Notes: generated from the letters alone by a model not told the origin. A stretch of DNA of 64,000 nt from Streptosporangiaceae bacterium (GCA_036558005.1 DATBGO010000144.1:12004-76003); one strand, 5' to 3'. Positions 25,490 to 34,372 are shown, counted from the stretch's first letter. Numbers and translations are program-made.

Positions 25490-28400
25490 ATGCGGATAGC
25501 CGCGGTCGCCGCCACGGAGCTGTTCACCGGCACCGCCCTGCGTCCCGCGCAGGTGGTCAGGGTCACCCTGGCCGGGCACGGGCCGGACGCCGCGGCGCAG
25601 GCCGGGCAGCCGGTCACCGTGACGGTCGCGGGGCCGGGCGTCAGCACCCCGGACCCGGCGGTGACCCGGTGCCCGGGCCCGGGGCAGGAAGCCGCCGCCG
25701 AGGTGGCGGTCGAGATCGCGGCCCCGGCGGCGCCGGGCAGCACCCGGCAGGTGACCGCGGCCGCCGCGCTGCACGGCGGGCAGCGGGCCGAGCTGCCCGC
25801 CGCGATCAGCGTCGCGGAGGCCGGCTGGACCATGTGGATGGTCAGCCACTTCCACTACGACCCGGTCTGGTGGAGCACCCAGGGCCAGTTCACCCAGTCC
25901 CGGATCTTCCTGCCTGAGGCCGACGGCAGCCTGCCCGACTCCAGGACCGCGTTCGAGCTGGTCCGGCTGCACCTGGCGGCGGCCAGGACCGACCCGGACT
26001 ACAAGTTCGTGCTCGCCGAGATCGACTACCTCAAGCCGTACTTCGACGCGCACCCGGGCGACCGCGCGGACCTGCTCAGCTTCATCGCCGCGGGCCGGGT
26101 CGAGATCGTCGGCGGCAGCTACAACGAGCCGAACACGAACCTGACCAGCGCCGAGTCCACGATCCGCAACGCCGTGCACGGCCTGGCCTACCAGCGGGAG
26201 ATGCTGGGCGCCGACCCGGCCACGGCGTGGATGCTGGACAGCTTCGGCCACGACCCCGGCTACCCGGGGCTGATGGCCGCGGCCGGGCTGGCCGAGTCGG
26301 CCTGGGCCAGGGGCCCCTACCACCAGTGGGGGCCGCAGCGCACCGTCGGCGACAACCGGCGGATGCAGTTCGCGTCGGAGTTCGAGTGGCTGTCGCCCGA
26401 CGGCGGCGGGCTGCTGACCAGCTACATGGCCAACCACTACGGCGCGGGCTGGGTGACCCACCAGGCGGCCACCGCCGCCGCCGCCGCCGAGGCCGCCCTG
26501 GAGCAGTTCCGCCAGCTGGCGCCGGTCGCCGCCACCCGCAACGTGCTGCTGCCGGTCGGCGCCGACCACGTGATCCCGTCCCGCTGGGTCACCGCGATCC
26601 ACCGGGACTGGAACGCCAGGTACGTGTGGCCGCGGTTCGTCACCGCGCTGCCCTGCGAGTTCTTCGCCGCGGTGCGCAAGGACGCGGCCAGCCGCGACAC
26701 CTGGATCACCCCGCAGACCAGGGACATGAACCCGGTGTACCCCGGCAAGGACGTCTCCTACATCGACACCAAGCAGGCCCAGCGCGCGGCCGAGGTGGCG
26801 GTGGCCGGCGGCGAGCGGCTGGCCACCCTGGCCTGGCTGCACGGCGCCGCCTACCCGGTGCGCTCGCTGGACAAGGCGTGGCGGCTGCTGGCCTTCGGCG
26901 CGCATCACGACGCGATCACCGGGACCGAGTCCGACCAGGTCTACCTGGACCTGCTGGCGGGCTGGCGGGAGGCCTGCGAGCGCGGCGAGGAGGCCGGCCG
27001 GCGGGCGGCCGGGCACCTGGCCGGGCTCGCCGACACCACCGGGCCGCCGGGCAGCGTCCCGGTCGCCGTCTTCAACACCCTGTCCCGCCCGCGTTCTGGC
27101 CTGGTCACCGTGACGGTGGAGTTCGCCGCGCCGGGGCCGCGCGAGGCCGGGCTGGCCGACGGCACCGGGGCGGCGCTGGGCTGCCTGGCGGCCGGCCAGC
27201 GGCGGCACCCCGACGGCACCCTGGCCGCGGTGACGCTGACCTTCCTGGCCGCCGGGGTGCCCGCGCTCGGCTACCGCACCTACTGGGCCGGGCAGGCCAG
27301 GGCCGGCCAGCCCGCCGCGGCCGGCTGGGCGGACCTGCCCGGCCAGGTGATCGAGAACGAGTTCTTCACCGTGACCGCCGACCCGGCCCGCGGCGGCGCC
27401 CTCAGCCAGGTCACCGACCGGCGGTCCGGGCAGGACCTGCTGGCGGGCCCGGGCAACGACCTGATCCTGCAGGAGGAGTACAGCCAGCACCCGCGCTGGG
27501 GCGAGGGCCCGTGGCTGCTGTCGGTCAAGGGCCCGGGCACCCGGTCGTCGCGGCGCCCGGCCGCGGTGCGCGCCCAGCGCTGCCCGGCGGGCTCGCGGCT
27601 GGTCGCCGGGTTCAGCCTCGGCGGTCTGCGGGTGACCCAGGAGACGCTGCTGTGGGACGGCGCGGACCGGGTGGAGTTCCGCACCCACCTGGACGGCGCG
27701 ATCGGGCAGGACCGGCTGCTGCGGGTCGCGTTCCCGGCCCGGGTGCCCGGCGGGCTGCCGGTGTTCCAGGCCGCGACCGCGGTCATCGGCCGCACCCCCG
27801 GCAGCCCCGACGCCGACGCGGGCGAGCACTCGTTCAGCCTCGACTGCCCGGCGCACGAATGGTTCGCCGCCGGGTCGACGGCGCGGGTGGCGCTGGGCGG
27901 CGGCGGGCGCCGGGCCATCGGCGTCGCCGAGGTCATAACCCCCGGTAACGCCATCAGGGAGCCGGTCAGGTCGCTGATGCTGGCGCTGGCCCGCGCTGGC
28001 GTGACCGCGACCTGCTCGCTGGCCGGCGGCCCGCGCTACGGCTCGATCGACGCCGACTCGAACCTGCCTGACGTGCGGATCACGCTGGGCGGCCCCGGGC
28101 AGAACCCGTTCACCGCCAGCGTGCTCGCCGCCGCCGGGCCCGGCCCGGCCGCGGACCTGGCCGCCCAGCTCGCCGCCGGTCAGGCCGCCCGGGTCTGGGT
28201 GCCCGCCGGGCGCGGCCGGGCGCAGGCGTTCGCCCCCGGCGCCGACCTGCGCGGCCCGGCTGACCTGCCGGTGCTGATCGTGGCGGGCGGGGACCTGGCC
28301 GCCGCGGTCGAGGCGGTCGCCGCCGACCTGGCCGACGCGGTCATCGAGGTGCCGGCCGGCCCGGCGGGCACGGGGCAGCACGGGCCGGGCGCTGACCTGG

Positions 28401-29872
28401 CCGGGCACAGCGTCGCGCTGCTGAACCGGGGCACCCCGGGCAGCCTGGTCACCCCGGACGGGGTGCTGCTGATGTCGCTGATGCGGGCCTGCAGCGGGTG
28501 GCCGTGCGGGGTCTGGATCGACGGCGAGAAGCGCACCGTGCCCGACGGCAGCAGCTTCGCCTTTCAGCACTGGAGCCACACCTTCGAGTACGCGCTGGCC
28601 GCCGGGCCCGGCGACTGGCGCGGCGCCGGGTTCGCGCTGGCCGGCGAGGAGTACAACCACGGGCTGCTGGCCGTCCAGGCCAGCCAGCATCCCGGCCCGC
28701 TGCCCGCGCTGGCCAGCCTGGCCGAGGTCACCCCGCCGCAGGTGTCGGTGTCGGCGCTGAAGCCGCGCGGCAACCCGCTGTCCCCGGCCGGCCAGCCCGG
28801 CCGGGAAGCCGGGATCACGGTGCGGCTGCGGGACCTGTCCGGGGCGGCGGGCCCGGTGCCGGCCCGGCTGCGGCTGCGCGGCGGGGTGGCCGCCGCGGCC
28901 GGCACCGACCTGTGCGAGCGGCAGCACGGCCCGGACCTGCCGGTCAGCGGCGGCGCGGTGGCCGCGGCGGTGCCCCCCTCCGGATTCGCCACGCTGTGGC
29001 TGCGCCCGGCCGCCGCGCCAGCCCCGCCCCGGCCCGCCGGGGAGGCCGGCCAGGCGGCCGGCCCGGCCGACCCGGCCGAGCCCGCCCAGCCGGTCTTCAC
29101 CAGGTACTGGCTGCACGGCAAGGGCCCCGCCCCGGCCGGCAACCTGCCGGTGGCGGTGCACCTGTCCCCCGCCAGGATCGCGCTGGCGGTGCCCGGCGAG
29201 CCCGCCGCCGCGGCCAGGGCCCGGATCGCGCTCACCGTCGCGTGCGGCCAGGACGGCGCGGCCGGCCAGCTCACGCTGGCGGTCCCGGCGCAGCTCACCG
29301 TCGCGCCAGCCGGGCCGCTGCGCTATGACCTGCCCGCCCGCGGCCACGCCAGCTGGGACCTGGAGGTGCGGCCCGCGCCCGGCGCGCCGGGCGGCCGGTA
29401 CTATCTCGCCGCGCAGGCCCCCGACCCGGGCGGGCAGCTCACCGAGGACGCGATCCTGGTCACCGTCGGCGAGCCCGCCCCGCCCCCGCTGGACCTGCCG
29501 CTGGACGAGCTGCTGCCGCGCTACCTGGCCGGCCAGCAGGCCGACGGGGACGAGGTTCAGGTGCGGCTGCTGACCCCGCGGCTGCGGATCGAGCCGGGCG
29601 GCGAGGCCGACCTGGTAGCTACGGTGCGTAACAACACGGCCGCGCAGATCCGCGGCGAGGCGCAGCTGATCTCGCCGCACGGCAGCTGGGCGGCCGCGCG
29701 GCCGTGGGCCCGCGGTTTCCTGGCCGGGCCCGGGCAGGAACTGGCGTTGCGCTTCCCGGTCCGGGTACCCGCTGCCGAGCGTCCGGGGCAGGACTGGTGG
29801 GCCCTGGTCAAAGTCGCCTATTTCGGCAGCCTCAGGTACAGTGAAGCTGCCGCAGTGATCATTGGTGGCTGA
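25490..29872 (+). CDS. GH38 alpha-mannosidase, extended (1460 aa)
   Basis: MVSHFHYDPVWW, GGSYNEPNTNL, MLDSFGHDPGYP, HHDAITGTES are GH38 catalytic-domain motifs. An extra roughly 110-aa N-terminal region and a long C-terminal beta-sandwich-like region are present. Confidence 0.85.
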   Translation: MRIAAVAATELFTGTALRPAQVVRVTLAGHGPDAAAQAGQPVTVTVAGPGVSTPDPAVTRCPGPGQEAAAEVAVEIAAPAAPGSTRQVTAAAALHGGQRAELPAAISVAEAGWTMWMVSHFHYDPVWWSTQGQFTQSRIFLPEADGSLPDSRTAFELVRLHLAAARTDPDYKFVLAEIDYLKPYFDAHPGDRADLLSFIAAGRVEIVGGSYNEPNTNLTSAESTIRNAVHGLAYQREMLGADPATAWMLDSFGHDPGYPGLMAAAGLAESAWARGPYHQWGPQRTVGDNRRMQFASEFEWLSPDGGGLLTSYMANHYGAGWVTHQAATAAAAAEAALEQFRQLAPVAATRNVLLPVGADHVIPSRWVTAIHRDWNARYVWPRFVTALPCEFFAAVRKDAASRDTWITPQTRDMNPVYPGKDVSYIDTKQAQRAAEVAVAGGERLATLAWLHGAAYPVRSLDKAWRLLAFGAHHDAITGTESDQVYLDLLAGWREACERGEEAGRRAAGHLAGLADTTGPPGSVPVAVFNTLSRPRSGLVTVTVEFAAPGPREAGLADGTGAALGCLAAGQRRHPDGTLAAVTLTFLAAGVPALGYRTYWAGQARAGQPAAAGWADLPGQVIENEFFTVTADPARGGALSQVTDRRSGQDLLAGPGNDLILQEEYSQHPRWGEGPWLLSVKGPGTRSSRRPAAVRAQRCPAGSRLVAGFSLGGLRVTQETLLWDGADRVEFRTHLDGAIGQDRLLRVAFPARVPGGLPVFQAATAVIGRTPGSPDADAGEHSFSLDCPAHEWFAAGSTARVALGGGGRRAIGVAEVITPGNAIREPVRSLMLALARAGVTATCSLAGGPRYGSIDADSNLPDVRITLGGPGQNPFTASVLAAAGPGPAADLAAQLAAGQAARVWVPAGRGRAQAFAPGADLRGPADLPVLIVAGGDLAAAVEAVAADLADAVIEVPAGPAGTGQHGPGADLAGHSVALLNRGTPGSLVTPDGVLLMSLMRACSGWPCGVWIDGEKRTVPDGSSFAFQHWSHTFEYALAAGPGDWRGAGFALAGEEYNHGLLAVQASQHPGPLPALASLAEVTPPQVSVSALKPRGNPLSPAGQPGREAGITVRLRDLSGAAGPVPARLRLRGGVAAAAGTDLCERQHGPDLPVSGGAVAAAVPPSGFATLWLRPAAAPAPPRPAGEAGQAAGPADPAEPAQPVFTRYWLHGKGPAPAGNLPVAVHLSPARIALAVPGEPAAAARARIALTVACGQDGAAGQLTLAVPAQLTVAPAGPLRYDLPARGHASWDLEVRPAPGAPGGRYYLAAQAPDPGGQLTEDAILVTVGEPAPPPLDLPLDELLPRYLAGQQADGDEVQVRLLTPRLRIEPGGEADLVATVRNNTAAQIRGEAQLISPHGSWAAARPWARGFLAGPGQELALRFPVRVPAAERPGQDWWALVKVAYFGSLRYSEAAAVIIGG

Positions 29873-29994
29873 GGATGCGCGCGCCTGGCGCCGCCGCGGG
29901 ATGAGCGGTTCCCGCTGACGGCCCGGTCCGCGGGCGGCTCGCGCGGAACGGACATCTGGTGAGATCCTGGACATGATGGCGATCCAAAAGACCG

Positions 29995-32520
29995 ATGACC
30001 GCTGAGATTGCAGCTACCCTCGGCAATCTCCCGGCGGAGCCGAACAGCTTCGTGGGCCGCGAGCGGGACATAGCGGAGCTCGCCCAGCTGCTCGGCGACG
30101 TGCGCGCGCTGACCCTGTGCGGCCCTGGCGGCATCGGCAAGACCCGGCTGGCGCTGCGGCTGGCGTGCGAGATCGTCCCCGGCTTCCCCGACGGGGCCTG
30201 GCTGGTCGAGCTCGCCGACACCACCGACCCGGCGCTGCTGCCCCGGCGGATCGCGACCGCGCTGGGGGTCAGGGAGGAGCCGGACCGGCCGCTGGCCGAG
30301 ACCCTCGCCGACGCGCTCAGGCCGCGCGCGCTGCTGCTGATCCTGGACACCTGCGAGCACGTCGTGGACGCCTGCGCGGCCCTGGTGCACCAGCTGCTGG
30401 CCGGCTGCCCGGGGCTGCGGCTGATCGCGACCAGCAGGGAGCCGCTGCGGGTGCGCGGCGAGACGGTGTGGCGGGTGCCGCCGCTGGCGGTCCCGGACGG
30501 GCCCGCCGCTGGCGACCCGGCCGGGCACGAGGCAATCCGGCTGTTCGTCGAGCGGGCCGCCGCGGCCCGGCCCGGGTTCACCCTGGCGGACGCCAATTCC
30601 AGCGCGGTGGCCAGCCTGTGCCGGACCCTGGACGGGATGCCGCTGGCGATCGAGCTGGCGGCCGCGCGGGTGCGGGCGCTGTCCATCGAGCAGATCGCGG
30701 GCCGGCTCGGCGACCGGTTCCGGCTGCTGGCCTCCGGCGACCGGACCGCGCCGCCCCGGCAGCAGACCCTGCGCGCCGCGGTGGACTGGAGCTACGAGCT
30801 GCTCACCGGGCCCGAGCAGACCCTGCTGCGGCGGCTGTCGGTGTTCACCGGGTGGAACCTGGAGATGGCCGAGCAGGTGTGCGCGGACGAGGTGATCCCG
30901 GCCGGCCAGGTACTGGACCTGCTCGTGGCGCTGATCGACAAGTCGCTGGTGACGCTGGACGGCGAGCTGGACGGCGACGCCAGGTACCGGCTGCTGGACA
31001 CGATCAGGGAATACGCCGCGGACCGGCTGGCCGCCTCCGGCGAGCAGGAGGCGGTCCGGCTCCGGCACCGGGACTACCTGGTGAACCTGGTGGACTCGGT
31101 GGTGGCGCGGGCGTTCGTGCGCGGCGACCCGCCCTGGCCGGTCCGGGTGGCGCTGTACCGCAGGGTGGAGGCCGAGCGGGGCAATTTCGATGCCGCCCTC
31201 GGGCTGTGCCTGGAGCGGGGCGAAGCCGCTGAGGGACTGCACCTGTGCTCGGCGCTGCGCTCCCCCTGGATCGCCTACGGTGACGTGGGCGAGGGCGCGG
31301 GCTGGTTCGACCGGTTCTTCGCGCTGGCCGGCCCCCCGGTGCCCGGCCAGCTGCGGGCCAGGGCGCTGATGCACCGGGCCGAGCTCGCGTTCGAGCAGCA
31401 GGACTACCCGATGACCGCGCGGTCGGCCCAGGCCGGGCTGGAGCTGTGCCAGGCCGGGGGCGGCCAGGGCGCGGCCATCGGGCTGCGGATGCTCGCGCTG
31501 ACCACGATGCGGGCGGGCCGGGCGGACGAGGCGCTCGCCCAGGCCGGCGCCGCGGCCGCGGCCGCGGCCAGGGACGGCGATGACTGGGAAGAGGGCCTGG
31601 CGCTGTCGGTCCGGGCCACGGTGCTGGCCCGGATGGGCCAGCTGACCGAGGCCGAGCGCGCCTACCAGGTGGCGCTGGACGTGCTGCGGGACAACAACGG
31701 CTGGGGCGTGGCGCAGGCGCTGTCCGGGTCCGGCGGCGTGGCCAGGGCCCGCGGCGACCACGCCGCGGCGATGCGGCACTTCACCGCCGCGCTCGAGCTG
31801 TACCGGGCGATCGGCGCCCGGCCGGAGATCGCCCGCTGCCTGGCGGGCATCGGCTGGCTGGCGATGGCCCAGGGCGACACCGCGCTGGCGGCGGGCAGCC
31901 TGGCCGAGAGCCTGCGGCTGTCGCTGGCCACCGGGCAGCGGCTGGCGATCGCCCGCGGGCTGCAGGCGGCGGCCGCGCTGGCCGCCGCGCGCGGCGAACT
32001 GCCCAAGGCGGCCCGGCTGGCGGGCGCGGAGCTGGCGCTGCTGGAGGCGATCGGGCACCGGCGGTCGCGGTCCGCCCGGTCCCAGGCCGACCAGCTGCTC
32101 GGGCTGGCCCGCCGCGAGCTGGGCGAGCCGGCCGTCAGCGCGCTGCTGGCCGCGGGCCGGGCGCTGAGCCCGTACGCGGCGGTGCGCGAGGCCACCGACG
32201 CCGCCGCCCCCGACCTGGCCCCGGCCGGGCCGGAGAGCCCGCCCTGGCCGGCCCGCCCCGGCACTGCCAGGTCCGGCACTGCCAGGCCCGGCACTGCCAG
32301 GCCCGGCCTGCCGGGCGCGTCCGTGCTGACCGCCAGGGAACGGGAGATAGCGGCGCTGATCGCCCGCGGCCTGTCCAACCGGGGCATCGCCGGGGAACTG
32401 GTGATCAGCCCGGCGACCGCGGCCAGGCACGTCGCGAACATCTTCACCAAGCTGGGCCTGCGGTCCCGGGCTCAGGTGGCCGCCTGGGTCGCCGAGCGGC
32501 AGGCCCGCGAGCAGGGCTGA
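29995..32520 (+). CDS. STAND-type regulator: NB-ARC/AAA ATPase + TPR + LuxR HTH (paralog 2)
   Basis: Colinear with the 2562-5048 product: EPNSFVGRER, LCGPGGIGKTRLALR, ETLADALRPR, SREPLRV.GETVW.VPPL, RLSVFTGWNLEMAEQ, DTIREYAADRLA, ARPEIARCLAGIG, LVISPATAARHVANIF. Confidence 0.9.
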   Translation: MTAEIAATLGNLPAEPNSFVGRERDIAELAQLLGDVRALTLCGPGGIGKTRLALRLACEIVPGFPDGAWLVELADTTDPALLPRRIATALGVREEPDRPLAETLADALRPRALLLILDTCEHVVDACAALVHQLLAGCPGLRLIATSREPLRVRGETVWRVPPLAVPDGPAAGDPAGHEAIRLFVERAAAARPGFTLADANSSAVASLCRTLDGMPLAIELAAARVRALSIEQIAGRLGDRFRLLASGDRTAPPRQQTLRAAVDWSYELLTGPEQTLLRRLSVFTGWNLEMAEQVCADEVIPAGQVLDLLVALIDKSLVTLDGELDGDARYRLLDTIREYAADRLAASGEQEAVRLRHRDYLVNLVDSVVARAFVRGDPPWPVRVALYRRVEAERGNFDAALGLCLERGEAAEGLHLCSALRSPWIAYGDVGEGAGWFDRFFALAGPPVPGQLRARALMHRAELAFEQQDYPMTARSAQAGLELCQAGGGQGAAIGLRMLALTTMRAGRADEALAQAGAAAAAAARDGDDWEEGLALSVRATVLARMGQLTEAERAYQVALDVLRDNNGWGVAQALSGSGGVARARGDHAAAMRHFTAALELYRAIGARPEIARCLAGIGWLAMAQGDTALAAGSLAESLRLSLATGQRLAIARGLQAAAALAAARGELPKAARLAGAELALLEAIGHRRSRSARSQADQLLGLARRELGEPAVSALLAAGRALSPYAAVREATDAAAPDLAPAGPESPPWPARPGTARSGTARPGTARPGLPGASVLTAREREIAALIARGLSNRGIAGELVISPATAARHVANIFTKLGLRSRAQVAAWVAERQAREQG
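32260..32304 (+). repeat. In-frame 15-bp tandem repeat x3 (plus a degenerate 4th copy to about 32316) inside LuxR paralog 2
   Basis: GGCACTGCCAGGTCC / GGCACTGCCAGGCCC / GGCACTGCCAGGCCC encode GTARS-GTARP-GTARP in the linker just before the HTH. Confidence 0.9.
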
Positions 32521-32735
32521 GCCGGCCCGCGGGCGTCTACACATCCCCGCCGCGGTAATGCACATGCCAATGGTTCATTCAGTGCATGCATACGGACCGT
32601 GTTCGTCGTAGCGTTTTCATCATCGCAGCGTGATACCGGGGCGGTTCCGGCCACCAGGAGGGGGATGGCCGGCCCGGCCCCGGTGACCACAGCGTGCGGG
32701 CCCGGGGCAGCGGGGCAGCCGGGCTCGCGGGCGGC

Positions 32736-32845
32736 GCCATACCGCGCGGTGCCGGGCCATACCGCGCGGCATGGCGGCGCGGCCCGGCGGGCCGCGCCGG
32801 GTGCCGCCTACATATACCGCGCCGCCCTACATACCCGGCTACATA
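32736..32845 (+). promoter_or_regulatory. Array of direct repeats with core CATACC / CTACATA upstream of ORF 32928
   Basis: Exact 14-mer GCCATACCGCGCGG at 32736-32749 and 32756-32769 (20-bp period). ATACCGCGC occurs again at 32814-32822. CTACATA occurs at 32808-32814, 32827-32833 and 32839-32845. Confidence 0.5.
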
Positions 32846-32927
32846 GTCCTGACGATGCGCGACCTGCTGCCGCGTCCCTACCCTCAGCTGTGCGAGGGCA
32901 CGGGCGCTGACAGGAGGTAACCCGCTC

Positions 32928-33758
32928 ATGACGCTGCCGGAGCTGCGGGCTGGCCAGGCCACGGTGCCCCAGCGGCTGCTGAGCACGGCCGCGGCCTGCC
33001 CGGGCCAGCGCGCCCTGGCCGGCGGTGCCGCCGGGCCTGGCCGCAGCTACGCCGAGCTGGCCGCCGCGATCCAGCAGGCGGCCGCCGGGCTGGCCGCGCG
33101 GGGCCTGCTGAGCCGGGACGTCGTGGGCGTCATGGTGCCGGACGCGGCCTGTCACGTGCTCGCCACCTTGGCGGTCCGGGCCGCGGGCGGCGTCCCTTCC
33201 CCGGTCCGCGCCGGGCTGAGCGTGCCGGAGATGGCGGGCCAGCTGGCCGACTGCGGGGCCAGGATGCTGCTGACCGGGCCGCCGCTGGCGGCCGCGGCGC
33301 TGGCCGCCGCGGACCGGTCCTGGGTCCGCCAGGTGATCTCGTTCGGCGACGCGGCCGGGGCGACGCCGTTCACCGAGCTGCTCCGGGCCGGGACGATGCC
33401 GCCGGCCCCGGCCCGGCCTGACGAGCTGGCCCTGCTGCCCTACCAGCGCCAGCCCGGCGGCTGCCTGGCGGCGGCCGCGGTCACCCAGCACGACCTGGCC
33501 GGGCAGCTGGCCGGGCTGGCGGTCACCGCCGCGATCTGCGCGCGGGACGTGGTGCTGGCCGGCCCGCCGGCCGGCGACGGCCGGGCCTACACCGCGCTGC
33601 TCGACCACGCGCTGTGCAGCGGCGCCGCCGTGATCGCGGTCCCGGCCGGCCAGGTCGCCGCCGAGGCGGCCAGGTACCAGGCCACCGTCGCCATCACCGC
33701 CGAGAGCGTGCCGGCCGGGACCGGTGACCAGTTGCGGGTGCTCGCGGTGGCGTCCTAG
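32928..33758 (+). CDS. Truncated, degenerate adenylate-forming (acyl-CoA ligase N-domain-like) protein
   Basis: Colinear with FadD/4CL N-domains (SYAELAAAIQQAAAGLAARGL..DVVGVMVPD...GARMLLTG...PDELALLPY), but the P-loop SSGTTGLPKG position reads QRQPGGCLAA. The ORF stops after 276 aa. AGGAGG RBS at 32915-32920. Confidence 0.55.
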   Translation: MTLPELRAGQATVPQRLLSTAAACPGQRALAGGAAGPGRSYAELAAAIQQAAAGLAARGLLSRDVVGVMVPDAACHVLATLAVRAAGGVPSPVRAGLSVPEMAGQLADCGARMLLTGPPLAAAALAAADRSWVRQVISFGDAAGATPFTELLRAGTMPPAPARPDELALLPYQRQPGGCLAAAAVTQHDLAGQLAGLAVTAAICARDVVLAGPPAGDGRAYTALLDHALCSGAAVIAVPAGQVAAEAARYQATVAITAESVPAGTGDQLRVLAVAS

Positions 33759-33763
33759 CCCGC

Positions 33764-34204
33764 TCAGATGCCGGGCGGCCGATTCTCGAACGGGGTGCTC
33801 AGCACGATCGTGGTCCTGGTGGACACGTTGGCCGCGGACCTGATCTGCTGCAGCAGGTCCTCCAGCGCCGCGGGCGAGGCGACCCGCACCTTGAGTATGT
33901 AGCTCTCCTCGCCGGCCACGCTGTGGCAGGCCTCGATCGCGGCCAGGTGGGCGAGCCGTTCCGGCGCGTCGTCGGCGGCGGCCGCGTCGAATGGCTTGAT
34001 GGAGACAAACGCGGTGAGCGGCAGCCCGGCGTGGTCAGGGTCGACGACCGCCGCGTACCCCCTGATCACGCCCCGCTCCTCCAGCCGCCGGACCCGCTGC
34101 TGCGCGGCCGACACCGACAGCCCGGTCAGCCTGGCCAGCTCGGTGAAGCTCATCCGGCCATCGCCGGCCAGCAGCGAGATGATCCTGCGGTTGGTCTCCT
34201 CCAT
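33764..34204 (-). CDS. Lrp/AsnC-family transcriptional regulator
   Basis: RRIISLLAGDGRMSFTELARLTGLSVSAAQQRVRRLEERGVIRGY, followed by an RAM-type C-terminal domain. Confidence 0.9.
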   Translation of the reverse strand: MEETNRRIISLLAGDGRMSFTELARLTGLSVSAAQQRVRRLEERGVIRGYAAVVDPDHAGLPLTAFVSIKPFDAAAADDAPERLAHLAAIEACHSVAGEESYILKVRVASPAALEDLLQQIRSAANVSTRTTIVLSTPFENRPPGI

Positions 34205-34372
34205 GGGCTCACCGTACCGGCGCGGCCCGGCAGTCCCGCTAGGTAACGGACCGGTATCGGTCTTTACGCTCGGATAACGGCCCTGAGGCCTGGTTCAAAT
34301 GGCGCGTGGCGGCAGATACGCTCCGGCCAGGGACGGCGGCGGACAGCCCGCGCCGGGCGAAAGGCGGCACCG

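Noticed and set aside
25244-29974. 1576-aa ORF antisense to the GH38 gene. Similar long ORFs occur at 13613-15763(-), 5103-7190(+), 35898-38807(+), 10307-11821(-) and 20672-22702(-).
   Set aside because: They are Arg/Gly/Pro/Ala low-complexity translations with no family motifs. Each lies opposite or out of frame to a gene with unmistakable motifs. Long open antisense frames are expected at this GC content.
32260-32304. Tandem repeats here and at 47187-47231 as a possible CRISPR or mini-CRISPR.
   Set aside because: The units are 15 bp and directly abutting with no spacers. One set is in-frame inside a gene. No cas genes are present.
32558-32611. 17-codon His-rich mini-ORF (MHMPMVHSVHAYGPCSS) in the AT-richer patch after LuxR paralog 2, as a possible leader peptide or RiPP precursor.
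   Set aside because: No RBS and no adjacent maturation genes, and too short to evaluate by composition. The ATG overlaps an inverted repeat that is a more economical explanation.
34270-34282. Shared TCGGATAACG / ATAACGGCC strings upstream of the msiK-like gene (34270-34282), in the padR/SBP region (39303-39311) and upstream of the HNH gene (49931-49940), as a common operator.
   Set aside because: Matches of 9-10 nt between a few sites in a 64-kb window are expected by chance, and there is no consistent dyad or spacing. The msiK-motif RNA known from actinobacterial msiK leaders could still be tested with a covariance model for 34205-34372, but I cannot recognise it by eye.
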